32,000 nt of DNA, from positions 1,020,001 to 1,052,000 of the forward strand of contig OY970357.1 in the NCBI GenBank assembly GCA_963718585.1. Direction: 5' to 3'. The position numbers were made by a program, and so were the translations under genes. Numbering within the stretch: the stretch's first letter is position 1; each line of letters starts with the position of its first letter. The notes under the pieces are model-generated. The model was not told where the DNA came from and did no database searches. It saw only the letters and a program-made list of their open reading frames with translations. Shown here one piece after another: positions 1 through 7,899 of this stretch. This stretch comes from Candidatus Saccharimonadota bacterium. GTDB lineage: Bacteria; Patescibacteriota; Patescibacteriia; 2-12-FULL-60-25.

Positions 1-416
1 AGTAAAAGAAGGATCCCAAGACCGATGGCGATGTCAGCCACATTGATGACGGATCGATTGAAGAGAAGGATCCAATCAAAAACGAATCCCCAGGCAATGC
101 GATCCGTGAGGTTCCCGAGTGCGCCCGCGAGGATACAGGCCCAGGCGATCGCGTCTCGCGTTTGATCGTGGCGAAGGCTGCGGATCAACAGGATGAGGAC
201 GCCGAGCGAGATCACACCCGTCAAAACAAGGATCGCCGTGTAGGGGACCGGCGCATTTGCGAGCAACCCGTGATTCTGATGGACCGTGAGCGCAAGAAGG
301 TTCGGAATGAGCACGGCGGACGCATTCGCGAAGAGCGATTTTGTGAGACGGTCCAATAGAAAAAATCCTCCACCAGCAGCGAGGCTTACGAGGAGGGTGT
401 GTTTGACTCGAGGCAT
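1..416 (-). CDS. lspA: lipoprotein signal peptidase (signal peptidase II), C-terminus cut by window edge
   Basis: Absent from the ORF track because it runs off the left edge. Manual minus-strand translation from ATG 416-414 gives MPRVKHTLLVSLAAGGGFFLLDRLTK...ILAGALGNLTDRIAWGFVFDWILLFNRSVINVADIAIGLGILLLL. It has the GNLxDR, VxD(F/W) and FNxAD signal peptidase II motifs and several hydrophobic segments. Confidence 0.85.
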   Translation of the reverse strand, partial: MPRVKHTLLVSLAAGGGFFLLDRLTKSLFANASAVLIPNLLALTVHQNHGLLANAPVPYTAILVLTGVISLGVLILLIRSLRHDQTRDAIAWACILAGALGNLTDRIAWGFVFDWILLFNRSVINVADIAIGLGILLL

Positions 417-532
417 GTGTATTGCGATGCGGACGGTGGAGAATGGGAGGACGTGCGTGTAACGGACGTGATTGTACGGCGAGCAATGACCGGAGCATTC
501 GACGAACGGTTGCGCCGAACACGCATACCGAC

Positions 533-907
533 CTACATCTCCTGTGTCAGGATCTTCTTGCAGTTGATACAGCTTGAGGAAGCGGGTCGAGCCTCGAGGC
601 GCTTCTCATCAATCGGTTTGTTGCAGTATTTGCAGACGCCGTAGGTCCCTTTTTCGATCGAGCTCAGTGCCTTGTCTACGTCCTTCAACTCGGCCTCGAT
701 CCGCGCCTCGATCGACAGATCGTCTGCATACTCCGCGATCTCCACGGCATTGTCATCGTCAGAGTTGCTTCCGGATTCAGGGTACGTCGGTTCAAAATGT
801 CCCGGCCGCGTCGGGTCGCTTTTTCCAAAATCCTGCAGCTCCTGCTGGAACCGTTCCTTTTCCTGCTTCAATCGTTCCGTGAAGTGGGCGAGTTTCTCCG
901 GGGTCAT
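533..907 (-). CDS. DksA/TraR-family C4-type zinc-finger protein
   Basis: 124-aa ORF with a coiled-coil-like acidic N-terminal half. The C-terminal CKYC-x17-CINC four-cysteine finger is typical of DksA/TraR proteins. Confidence 0.8.
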   Translation of the reverse strand: MTPEKLAHFTERLKQEKERFQQELQDFGKSDPTRPGHFEPTYPESGSNSDDDNAVEIAEYADDLSIEARIEAELKDVDKALSSIEKGTYGVCKYCNKPIDEKRLEARPASSSCINCKKILTQEM

Positions 908-1008
908 ATCGATAGAGTAGCGCTTTGTTGCGGTACATCATAGTCAGGATCTCCTCTAGTGTCAATCTATGAGGCCATCCGTGATCAGAGGAGGTGTTGA
1001 TTTTTGGG

Positions 1009-1072
1009 CAAAAAGAAAAGAGCCGCGGTGGGACCCTTATGCATAATGCGCAAATATGGTCTCGCGGCTCTT
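1009..1072 (-). terminator. rho-independent terminator (minus strand)
   Basis: A 10-bp perfect outer stem pairs AAGAGCCGCG (1018-1027) with CGCGGCTCTT (1063-1072), with inner GACC/GGTC pairing. On the minus strand it is followed by TTTTCTTTTT. Confidence 0.6.
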
Positions 1073-1345
1073 AGGCCGGAGTGCGGTTCGTTTCGTCGAG
1101 AGCTTCCAAGGGGAAGCGAGACGGCTGGTCGCCGTGACGATATGAACACGAGCTGGATTCCGGTCCAGAAAAAAGAACTGCTGTCCTGACCCAATCCTGG
1201 CGGTAGCCCCAAACGGGCCGATGGCACGTTATCGTGGGGACGCCTCGAAGCGTTTTCGTTGTGGTTTTTGATTTCATTTGTACCCACACGAAGCAGGTAC
1301 TGGGTTTGAGTCAAGGCACTTGGATCGACCTCTGTGCTGTTTTGG
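1009..1345 (-). ncRNA. candidate structured non-coding RNA, family not recognised
   Basis: The ~540-nt gap between the 378-aa gene and the terminator has no credible ORF; the 109-aa ORF reads through the terminator hairpin. The minus strand carries at least six short hairpins (for example GCTTCC-CCTT-GGAAGC and CTGGA-CCGGAA-UCCAG) and ends in its own terminator. A weak TTTGCA-16-TAGATC promoter-like site lies near 1350-1378. The 5' end is a guess. Confidence 0.25.
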
Positions 1346-1615
1346 GCACCGAGATCTATTTTGTATAGCAGTTTTGCAAAGAGCGTGAGGTCGTCGGCGC
1401 GCTTGGCGCCTCCTGAAAGAGTGTTGGAATCAGGCGGTTTCCGCGAGATTCTGCAGGTATACTGGAAAGAGCGTTGCCGCCGTAGCGGCTACACAGCAGA
1501 TGCGCTGTGTATATACATGATACGTCGAAAATGGATCTGAATCAATCCACAGGGTTCACGGTGCAGGGTTAAGCGGAGAAACGAACTTATCCACAAAGCT
1601 GTGCAAAATGATATT

Positions 1616-2752
1616 TTAGGGTGTGGAAAGTTTTGACACGCAAACGAGTGCCTTACCGTCTTTTTCTGCGATGGAGAGGTCAAAAGCTAGGCGGAGTCCA
1701 GGGATCACACGATGAAAGAGGTCGGTCATGGCTGATCGAGAAAGATGGGCGATCACCGTGGCGTCATCACAAGGTGGCGTGCTGGATGTATTGACCCCAT
1801 CTAGGACCGAGGCTGTGGTTTCTGTGAGACGGACTCGTGTGCCGGAGACGGCTTCCCAATCCGTGTATGCGGAGACGCTCGTGGCGTTCGGGAGAAGCAT
1901 GCGTTCGGCGAGTGTTCCGTCTGGTAGCGTAATGGGTTCAAAGTCCGCTCGACGGCCGAGAGCGGCCACGGCTTGCCGCGTCGATGTTGGGAGGGACGGT
2001 GCGGCGCGAAGCTCAATGAGCGGGAGGGCGCTGGTCGTCGAGGTCCAGGAGAGGGTCTCGGGCGCTTGCTCCAGATCGAGTCCTGCGTCGGCGAGGGCGG
2101 ATCGGACAGAGGGCCAGGCATCCGGAAGAGCGGTGAGATCGACCGCGATGTCTCCATTGGGTAATCCAAGTGAGGACGGGGTATTGATCTGCGCATTCGT
2201 GTACCAAATATTCCCATCGATCGGTCCAGCAAGTGTCGAACCGTTGTTGAGCGATCGAGTTAGATCGAGATCAAGATAGGCCGCATGACCGCGTGCGGCC
2301 CACGTAAGTTGAACGAGGGACCAGAGTGAGCGCGTGGAAACGTTTCGGATCGGTTCATCGGTCCATACGGCGACCAGACCGTCCGCATGCTTGGAACCGC
2401 TACCGATCGTGACCCACCGTGGGACGACCGCAAACGGCATCCAGCCATTCGCATCCTGAGAAAGGCCGATCACCATGGTTCCATGGGTGGATTCTGCGGC
2501 ATTGCGCCAGACCGCCGGAAGCGCCTCTGGGAGAGGGGTGCCGCCATGGAGTGCCGCGATCGCGATGACGTGATCCGGGAGATGGATCGGACGGGTCATG
2601 AGATAAGCGACCCCGCCAAGAACGATGAGAACGATCGCGACGATCGTGACAAGGATGAGATTCCAATGCGGTCGACGTGATCCACGCACTTCACCATAGG
2701 CGAGGATCGGGCTGCCGTTCGGGGTATTCGTTTGGATGGTCGCGTCCGTCAT
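1616..2752 (-). CDS. hypothetical membrane-anchored protein (N-terminal TM, large extracytoplasmic part)
   Basis: 378-aa ORF with a single hydrophobic segment (WNLILVTIVAIVLIVLGGVAYLM). No family recognised. Confidence 0.6.
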   Translation of the reverse strand: MTDATIQTNTPNGSPILAYGEVRGSRRPHWNLILVTIVAIVLIVLGGVAYLMTRPIHLPDHVIAIAALHGGTPLPEALPAVWRNAAESTHGTMVIGLSQDANGWMPFAVVPRWVTIGSGSKHADGLVAVWTDEPIRNVSTRSLWSLVQLTWAARGHAAYLDLDLTRSLNNGSTLAGPIDGNIWYTNAQINTPSSLGLPNGDIAVDLTALPDAWPSVRSALADAGLDLEQAPETLSWTSTTSALPLIELRAAPSLPTSTRQAVAALGRRADFEPITLPDGTLAERMLLPNATSVSAYTDWEAVSGTRVRLTETTASVLDGVNTSSTPPCDDATVIAHLSRSAMTDLFHRVIPGLRLAFDLSIAEKDGKALVCVSKLSTP

Positions 2753-2790
2753 GCGGAGGAGAACGTATCAAGGATGCGCTTCGAAGGCCA

Positions 2791-2822
2791 GCAAAAGACC
2801 CGCATATGCGGGTCTTTCTTTT
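2791..2822 (-). terminator. rho-independent terminator after pnp (hairpin flanked by T-runs on both strands)
   Basis: AAAGACCCGC-atat-GCGGGTCTTT (2794-2817) lies just downstream of the pnp stop at 2836-2838. The minus strand continues TTTTG. Confidence 0.7.
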
Positions 2823-2835
2823 CCTCTTGTTTCTG

Positions 2836-5172
2836 TTATGGCAGTTCCACCGGACCGGTCATATGCGGTCCTGCATTTTCGTCGTCGCGGCGCGGGGGAC
2901 GGGGAGCGCGCGGCCCGCCCCGCCCTTCGCGAAGGGCGGGGCCGAATCCGCCACGGCCGCCACCGTTACCTCCACGTGGCGGTCCGCCGCGCAACGGCGT
3001 CTTATCGCGCTCGGATTCCTTATAGTTCGGATCCGCGCGCTTGATCGAGAGGTTGATGCGGCCCATGGAGTCGATCTCGTAGACTTTCACCGTCGCCATG
3101 TCGCCGACCTTCACGATGTCCTCCACCTTCTCGACGCGATATGGCGCCATCTCGCTGATATGCACAAGGCCTTCCTGCTTGGGGAGGATCTCGACGAACG
3201 CGCCGAAGTCCATGATACGCGTGACCGGTCCGGTGAAGACCTCGCCGACCGCGACTTCGCGTGTGAGTTGTTTGATCCAGTCCACGGCCTTCTGCATTCC
3301 GTCGGGGCTCACCGCGGTGACCATGACGAGTCCGTCATCCTCGATGTCGATCTCGACCTTGGTCTGCGCGATGATCTCGTTGATCACTTTGCCGCCCGGG
3401 CCGATGACATCGCGGATCTTCTCCGGATTGATGTGGAAGCTAACGATGCGCGGTGCCCACTTGGAGAGCTCGGCGCGCGGAGCCGGAATCGTTTTTTCGA
3501 TCTCGTCGAGGATGCGGTATCGCGCGTCTTTGGCCATGGTCAGCGTCTCCTTCACGGTCGCGAGCGGGATGCCATGCGTTTTCGTGTCCATCTGGATGGC
3601 CGTGATGCCCGCGCGGGTCCCTGCGACCTTGAAGTCCATTCCGCCGTGGCCGTCCTCCAGGTCTTGGAGGTCGGTGAATACGCGGAATTTCCCATTCTGT
3701 TCGTCGCTCGCGACGCCCATGGCGATGCCTGCGACCGGTGCCGTGATCGGCACGCCCGCGTCCATGAGAGCGAGGGTCGAGCCGCATGTTGCGCCCATGG
3801 AACTCGAGCCGTTCGAGCCCAGGACTTCAGAAACGACACGGACCGTGTAGGGGAATTCTTCCTTGGTCGGGAGCACGGGTTGGAGCGCACGCTCGGCCAG
3901 GGCGCCATGCCCGATCTCGCGACGGCCCGGACCGCGGTTGCCCTTGGTCTCGCCTACGCTGAAGCTGGGGAAGTTGTAGTGGTGGAAGTACCGCTTGGTG
4001 GTCTGGAATTCCATGGTGTCGAGCGTCTGTTCCATGCCCGGGGAGCCAAGCGTGACGGTCGAGAGCACCTGTGTGGATCCGCGCTCAAAGAGTCCGGAGC
4101 CGTGCGTTCGTGGCACGAAGCCGGCCAGGGTGCCCAAGGCGCGGATGTCCGTAAGTCCGCGACCGTCTGCGCGCCGTCCTTCTTCGAGGATCAGGCGCGA
4201 GACCTCCGCGTCCACGAAGTCATCCACGACCTCCATGGCCTTCTTCCGATCGTCTTTGGAGATCTCCTGGGTCGCAAGATGCGCATCGAGTTCTAGCTTC
4301 AGTGCTTTGACCGCGGCCTTGCGGTCCGCTTTGGTCATGAGTGGCTTGGCGAAAAGCGTGGAAGCTTCGCGCGTCTTTAAGAATGTACGCGCCGTCTCAA
4401 ATAAGCCTTCGCGCACGGCGACCGCTTCCTTCTCTTCGTCGGTCTTGGGTGTGAAGAGGTCGGCTTTGGGTTTGCCGACTTCGGCCGCGACCTTTTTGAT
4501 GAGTTCAATAACGGGCTTCAGATGCTCCTGCGCCATTTCGATGGCCGTGTACATGTCGTCTTCCGTCACCTGGCTTGCGCCGGACTCGAGCATGACGGTC
4601 TTGCCGTCTGCGCCCGCGACCACGAGGTCGAGGTCTCCGAATTCGGTCTCAGCATACGACGGATTCAGGATCCATTTGCCGTCGAGACGTCCCATACGGA
4701 GCGCGGCGATCGGACCAGCCCACGGGATCTCGGACATGGCGAGCGCGCAGGATGCGCCGATGAGACCCGGGATATCCGCATCATTCGCCTGGTCATGCGA
4801 AAAGACGGTCGCGACCACGGCGACCTCGTTGCGCTGGCGATCATCAAAGAGGGGACGGATCGCGCGGTCGATGAGACGTCCGGATAGGACCGCCTCGTCG
4901 GTCGGCCGGCCTTCGCGCTTCATGAAGCGCGAGCCTTTGATGCGGCCGGCGGCATACATGCGCTCTTCGAAGTCGACCTGGAGCGGGAAGAAGTTGAGGC
5001 CTTCGCGGACGTCGCCCAAGGTGGCGGTACAGAGGACAAGCGTGTCGCCGTAGCGCACGGTGCAGGACCCCCCGGCTTGTTGGGCAAGTTGGCCCACGCC
5101 GATGGTCAGCGTCCTCCCGCCCCATTCGATGGAGAATTCTTTTTGCGGTTGCATAGGTGTTCGATTGAACAT
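2836..5172 (-). CDS. pnp: polyribonucleotide nucleotidyltransferase (PNPase) with an RGG-rich C-terminal tail
   Basis: Full-length PNPase architecture: two RNase PH-like halves, KH, and S1 ending ...GRINLSIKRA. The N-terminus MQPQKEFSIEWGGRTLTIGVGQLAQQAGGS aligns with typical PNPases. The start is ambiguous (ATG at 5154, 5172 or 5232) and none has a clear SD. Confidence 0.95.
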   Translation of the reverse strand: MFNRTPMQPQKEFSIEWGGRTLTIGVGQLAQQAGGSCTVRYGDTLVLCTATLGDVREGLNFFPLQVDFEERMYAAGRIKGSRFMKREGRPTDEAVLSGRLIDRAIRPLFDDRQRNEVAVVATVFSHDQANDADIPGLIGASCALAMSEIPWAGPIAALRMGRLDGKWILNPSYAETEFGDLDLVVAGADGKTVMLESGASQVTEDDMYTAIEMAQEHLKPVIELIKKVAAEVGKPKADLFTPKTDEEKEAVAVREGLFETARTFLKTREASTLFAKPLMTKADRKAAVKALKLELDAHLATQEISKDDRKKAMEVVDDFVDAEVSRLILEEGRRADGRGLTDIRALGTLAGFVPRTHGSGLFERGSTQVLSTVTLGSPGMEQTLDTMEFQTTKRYFHHYNFPSFSVGETKGNRGPGRREIGHGALAERALQPVLPTKEEFPYTVRVVSEVLGSNGSSSMGATCGSTLALMDAGVPITAPVAGIAMGVASDEQNGKFRVFTDLQDLEDGHGGMDFKVAGTRAGITAIQMDTKTHGIPLATVKETLTMAKDARYRILDEIEKTIPAPRAELSKWAPRIVSFHINPEKIRDVIGPGGKVINEIIAQTKVEIDIEDDGLVMVTAVSPDGMQKAVDWIKQLTREVAVGEVFTGPVTRIMDFGAFVEILPKQEGLVHISEMAPYRVEKVEDIVKVGDMATVKVYEIDSMGRINLSIKRADPNYKESERDKTPLRGGPPRGGNGGGRGGFGPALREGRGGPRAPRPPRRDDENAGPHMTGPVELP
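2918..2956 (-). repeat. fragment of the tRNA-associated structured element embedded in the pnp coding sequence
   Basis: On the pnp coding strand the sequence is CCGTGGCGGA-ttcgg-CCCCGCCCTTCGCGAAGGGCGGGG. Element copy B (10554-10591) reads CCGTGGCGGA-ggga-CCCCGCCCTTCGCGAAGGGCGGGG, so 34 nt are identical. Confidence 0.6.
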
Positions 5173-5289
5173 CGGAAGCTCGATGAGCTGCGATGCGCTG
5201 GAGCTCCGTATCGACGCAGGCGTATCACGCATACGGCGAGGAGATACGGTGCGAAGCGCAAGCAGGTCGCGGGGTTCTGATGTTTGACC

Positions 5290-5337
5290 TCGTCTCGAGA
5301 CGAAATCAGCCCTAAGCTGATCAGTGTCTCGAGACGA
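5290..5337 (-). promoter_or_regulatory. long imperfect stem-loop in the pnp 5' leader (also the 3' UTR of the NYN gene)
   Basis: TCGTCTCGAGAC pairs with GTCTCGAGACGA (12 bp), then a 3x4 internal loop, then ATCAGC/GCTGAT (6 bp) and a 5-nt loop. Each 12-mer contains the self-complementary GTCTCGAGAC. Confidence 0.45.
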
Positions 5338-5411
5338 AGATGTGGGTAAACGGACCGGTAGGCCGGCCAGCGTGTGGACGTTCGCTACGCGCCGACCCGC
5401 AACCCGCGGTC

Positions 5412-5966
5412 TTAGAACGTCACGTGCACACGCTTCGCTCCCGGACGTTTCCGGCCCGCGGCCGCGCGTTTGGACGAGATGAGCAATTCTTTTTTCCCGG
5501 AGATATCAGTGAACTTGTCGCAGACCGTCTTGAGTTGCGCGTTCGTGGATTCCGCAAAGGCTGCAACCTCGACATAGAGTCCGTGTTCCTGGAGGTATTC
5601 GACGAGCGGAACGAAGTCGCCGTCCCCGGACATGAGGACGATCGCGTCGCACTTCGGAGACAGCTTAACGGCATCGATCGCCAAGCCGACGTCCCAGTCT
5701 GCCTTTTTCTCGCCACTCGAGAATTCCTGCACGTCTTTGACGCGCAGCTCAATGCCCGCTTCCTGGAGCGCTTCGAAGAAGGGGGCTTCTTCACCGGTCT
5801 TGGATTTGGCGACGTACGCGATCGCGCGCACGATGGGACGGCCATCCGCCAGGTTTTCGACGACCTTGCCGAAAGCAAGCCGCGCGCCGTGGATGTGTTT
5901 GGCCGAGTGATACATGTTTTGCGTGTCGATCAAGACCGCCACGCGTTGGTTGGAATGGGTGATCAT
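5412..5966 (-). CDS. NYN-domain (LabA/DUF88-like, PIN-related) putative ribonuclease
   Basis: 184-aa ORF containing VAVLIDTQNMYHSA...AIVLMSGDGDFVPLVEYLQEHGLYVEV, the acidic-residue pattern of LabA-like NYN domains. Confidence 0.8.
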   Translation of the reverse strand: MITHSNQRVAVLIDTQNMYHSAKHIHGARLAFGKVVENLADGRPIVRAIAYVAKSKTGEEAPFFEALQEAGIELRVKDVQEFSSGEKKADWDVGLAIDAVKLSPKCDAIVLMSGDGDFVPLVEYLQEHGLYVEVAAFAESTNAQLKTVCDKFTDISGKKELLISSKRAAAGRKRPGAKRVHVTF

Positions 5967-6027
5967 AAAGTGATCACATCCTGCGGTATGAAAAATGATG
6001 ATGAATGAAAGTGCAGGATGCGCATGA

Positions 6028-6056
6028 AAGATAGCGTTTTTTTAGGAAAAAGTCAA
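6028..6056 (-). promoter_or_regulatory. candidate sigma70-type promoter for the NYN gene
   Basis: The minus strand reads TTGACT (6056-6051), a 17-nt spacer, then TATCTT (6033-6028), in an AT-rich patch ~60 nt upstream of the ATG. Confidence 0.4.
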
Positions 6057-6079
6057 CCCCGCCGTGAGGAACGGCGGGG
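6045..6079 (-). terminator. rho-independent terminator after the 147-aa gene
   Basis: CCCCGCCGT-gagga-ACGGCGGGG (6057-6079). The minus strand continues TTGACTTTTTCC. Confidence 0.55.
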
Positions 6080-6092
6080 CGTGAGTGGCGCG

Positions 6093-6536
6093 TCAGAGAC
6101 GAGCGGACGAGCCGAAGATCCGGCGCGTGAGTGAGGCGAGAAGACCGGGCTTGGACGATGCGAGCGCCCGGGGCGGCGCCACGCTGACGAAGGCGATCGT
6201 CATGTGTGGCATCACGATCTTGCCGCAATCGACCTCTTTCAGAGAGACCGTATAGATCCCATCTCCCTTGAATTCCGAGCGGATCTCTTCGGTCGGAGAG
6301 CCGTCACGGCGGCGGGTGGTGATCACCGCATTGAGCGCGGAGGTGAATCGGATCCGATAGACCCCGTCGTCATAGGCGATGAACGTGAACCCTTTCATCC
6401 CATATCGATCTTCCGGATCGAACGGGAACGGATCGGTCTGCCCGAAGATGAGAGATTCGGGGGGACGGATCCCGGTCTGTCGACAGATCCGGTCGTCGAT
6501 GATGATCAAGAGTCGAAGATGGTTCCCGGCGTACAT
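6093..6536 (-). CDS. hypothetical protein (147 aa)
   Basis: The ATG at 6536 is preceded by GGGAGG 4 nt upstream. The longer TTG-initiated 163-aa version lacks an SD. No family recognised. Confidence 0.6.
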   Translation of the reverse strand: MYAGNHLRLLIIIDDRICRQTGIRPPESLIFGQTDPFPFDPEDRYGMKGFTFIAYDDGVYRIRFTSALNAVITTRRRDGSPTEEIRSEFKGDGIYTVSLKEVDCGKIVMPHMTIAFVSVAPPRALASSKPGLLASLTRRIFGSSARL

Positions 6537-6653
6537 CCGTCCTCCCAGTTTTGCTACGTGTGGATCCAAAGGGCGAGCGACCAAGGTATGTCAGTTCGAT
6601 GGACGTGTCAACGCATACCAAAAACGACCGGCGGGGAGCCGGTCGTTGTGGTC

Positions 6654-6914
6654 TTAGATCTTCAGCTTGGCCATGAGGTCGTCGTAGGCTTTGGCGTCCT
6701 CGCGCTTGAGGTACTTCATGAGCCGGCGACGTTCACTGACCTTCTTGATGAGACCGCGGCGGGACGAGAAGTCCTTCTTGTGACCTTTCAAGTGCTCGGT
6801 GAGATCCTTGATCTCTTCCGTGAGAAGTGCGATCTGGACCTGCGGCGAACCGGTATCGGTCGCGTGGGTCTTGAACTTCTCAATGATCCGCTTCTTCTTA
6901 TTGGGATCCAACAT
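6654..6914 (-). CDS. rpsO: 30S ribosomal protein S15
   Basis: MLDPNKKKRIIEKFKTHATDTGSPQVQIALLTEEIKDLTEHLKGHKKDFSSRRGLIKKVSERRRLMKYL... is a typical S15 sequence. The ATG at 6914 gives 86 aa. The track's longer form starts at a GTG. Confidence 0.95.
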   Translation of the reverse strand: MLDPNKKKRIIEKFKTHATDTGSPQVQIALLTEEIKDLTEHLKGHKKDFSSRRGLIKKVSERRRLMKYLKREDAKAYDDLMAKLKI

Positions 6915-7036
6915 ACGGGGTCCGATCCAGTCGCCCACGACGGATCCGTGAGGATCGCTGTCATGGGCGGCTGGACCCGGGAATACGCGCGAAGGGGAGC
7001 GAATGCCTCCCTTGCGTAGGAGTTAAAGGTGGCAGG

Positions 7037-7065
7037 AACGTACCATGGGACGGTGTCCCTGACAA
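7037..7065 (-). promoter_or_regulatory. candidate promoter for rpsO, leaving a ~115-nt leader
   Basis: The minus strand reads TTGTCA (7065-7060), a 17-nt spacer, then TACGTT (7042-7037). Confidence 0.35.
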
Positions 7066-7075
7066 GGGGTGGAAG

Positions 7076-7102
7076 ATGAAAACGCCCCCAAGATCGGGGG
7101 CG
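7076..7102 (-). terminator. rho-independent terminator after the histidine phosphatase gene
   Basis: CGCCCCC-aagatc-GGGGGCG (7083-7102). The minus strand continues TTTTCATCTT. Confidence 0.6.
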
Positions 7103-7109
7103 GAAGGGA

Positions 7110-7811
7110 TCAAAACAGTGGTTCCGGCGTAGGGATGTGCAGTTCTTTCAGGGCGGCGACATCATTGAGACGCTCGAGTTGCCATCGGGATTGTATGTTT
7201 CGCGTGTACCGGAGCGTCGTGAGAGAGGCGTTGTCGATGGTGATCGCATGGAGGAATTTCCAGTCGATCTTGAGGATGTAGCGGACGAGGCTACGCAGGG
7301 CATTGCCATGTGTGACCACGAGTGCGCGCATGCGACGACCGGTGTCATGCCACAGTGGGTTGCACTCGATCGATCCGTATAGCCACTTTCCCATCCGTTG
7401 TTCCACCATCCGGTCGGATTCACCGTTCGGGGGACGGAAATCGATCCCATATCGGCGGATCTTCTCCCGTACCTCGGTGGTATAAACGTCGGCGATCAGC
7501 TTTCCATCCCAATCGTCATGGCGCCACTCGATGAGACGTTCATCCGTCTCGAGCGGGATCTCGCGGCCGAGCGCGAGGTGATATTTGCGCTGGATGATCT
7601 CTGCGGTCGCGCGAGCGCGCGGGAGGGTCGAGCTGTAGATCCGATCGTACGGGACCTTCCGTTCCACGAATGTTGCAGCGACGTAGCGTGCCTGGCGTTC
7701 GCCACGTTCCGTGAGCGGGGCGTCGGCACGCCCCACCCGGTCCGTCAGCGTGTTGGAGATGGACTCGCCATGTCGCATGAAGTCGAGGGTGACATCGAGC
7801 CGGTGGTGCAT
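7110..7811 (-). CDS. histidine phosphatase family protein (phosphoglycerate mutase-like)
   Basis: Has the N-terminal RHGES motif (DFMRHGESISN), LTERGERQA, and a late VVTHGNALR motif. Confidence 0.8.
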   Translation of the reverse strand: MHHRLDVTLDFMRHGESISNTLTDRVGRADAPLTERGERQARYVAATFVERKVPYDRIYSSTLPRARATAEIIQRKYHLALGREIPLETDERLIEWRHDDWDGKLIADVYTTEVREKIRRYGIDFRPPNGESDRMVEQRMGKWLYGSIECNPLWHDTGRRMRALVVTHGNALRSLVRYILKIDWKFLHAITIDNASLTTLRYTRNIQSRWQLERLNDVAALKELHIPTPEPLF

Positions 7812-7899
7812 GGGACCTCACTGTCAAAGGTTCTTCCGCCATTTCACGGGAATCGACGTCACTCGTCAACGGTTCGTTTTGCGACGCTTGGGTGGTATC

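Noticed and set aside
76-522. 148-aa minus-strand ORF at the left edge
   Set aside because: A different minus frame over the same DNA encodes a clean LspA sequence with all signature motifs. The 148-aa product is Arg/Pro-rich nonsense.
1009-1345. Specific calls of tmRNA, RNase P RNA or SRP RNA for the candidate ncRNA
   Set aside because: I searched both strands by eye for the GGAAAGUCC with ACAGAAnCCGGCUUA pair, a GGUUCGA..CCACCA tRNA-like 3' end with a GGGG 5' partner, a tag ORF ending in a stop, and the SRP GGAA-tetraloop/AGCAG motif. Only loose partial resemblances turned up, so the family is left open.
2677-4296. 539-aa plus-strand ORF, along with the 250-aa and 352-aa plus-strand ORFs at 3098-5053
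   Set aside because: They lie antisense to the unambiguous pnp gene. Their composition is Arg/Ala/Gly/His-rich and low in complexity, typical of antisense ORFs in GC-rich DNA. No motifs were seen.
6204-7019. 271-aa plus-strand ORF
   Set aside because: It is antisense to rpsO and to the SD-supported 147-aa gene, and has no motifs.
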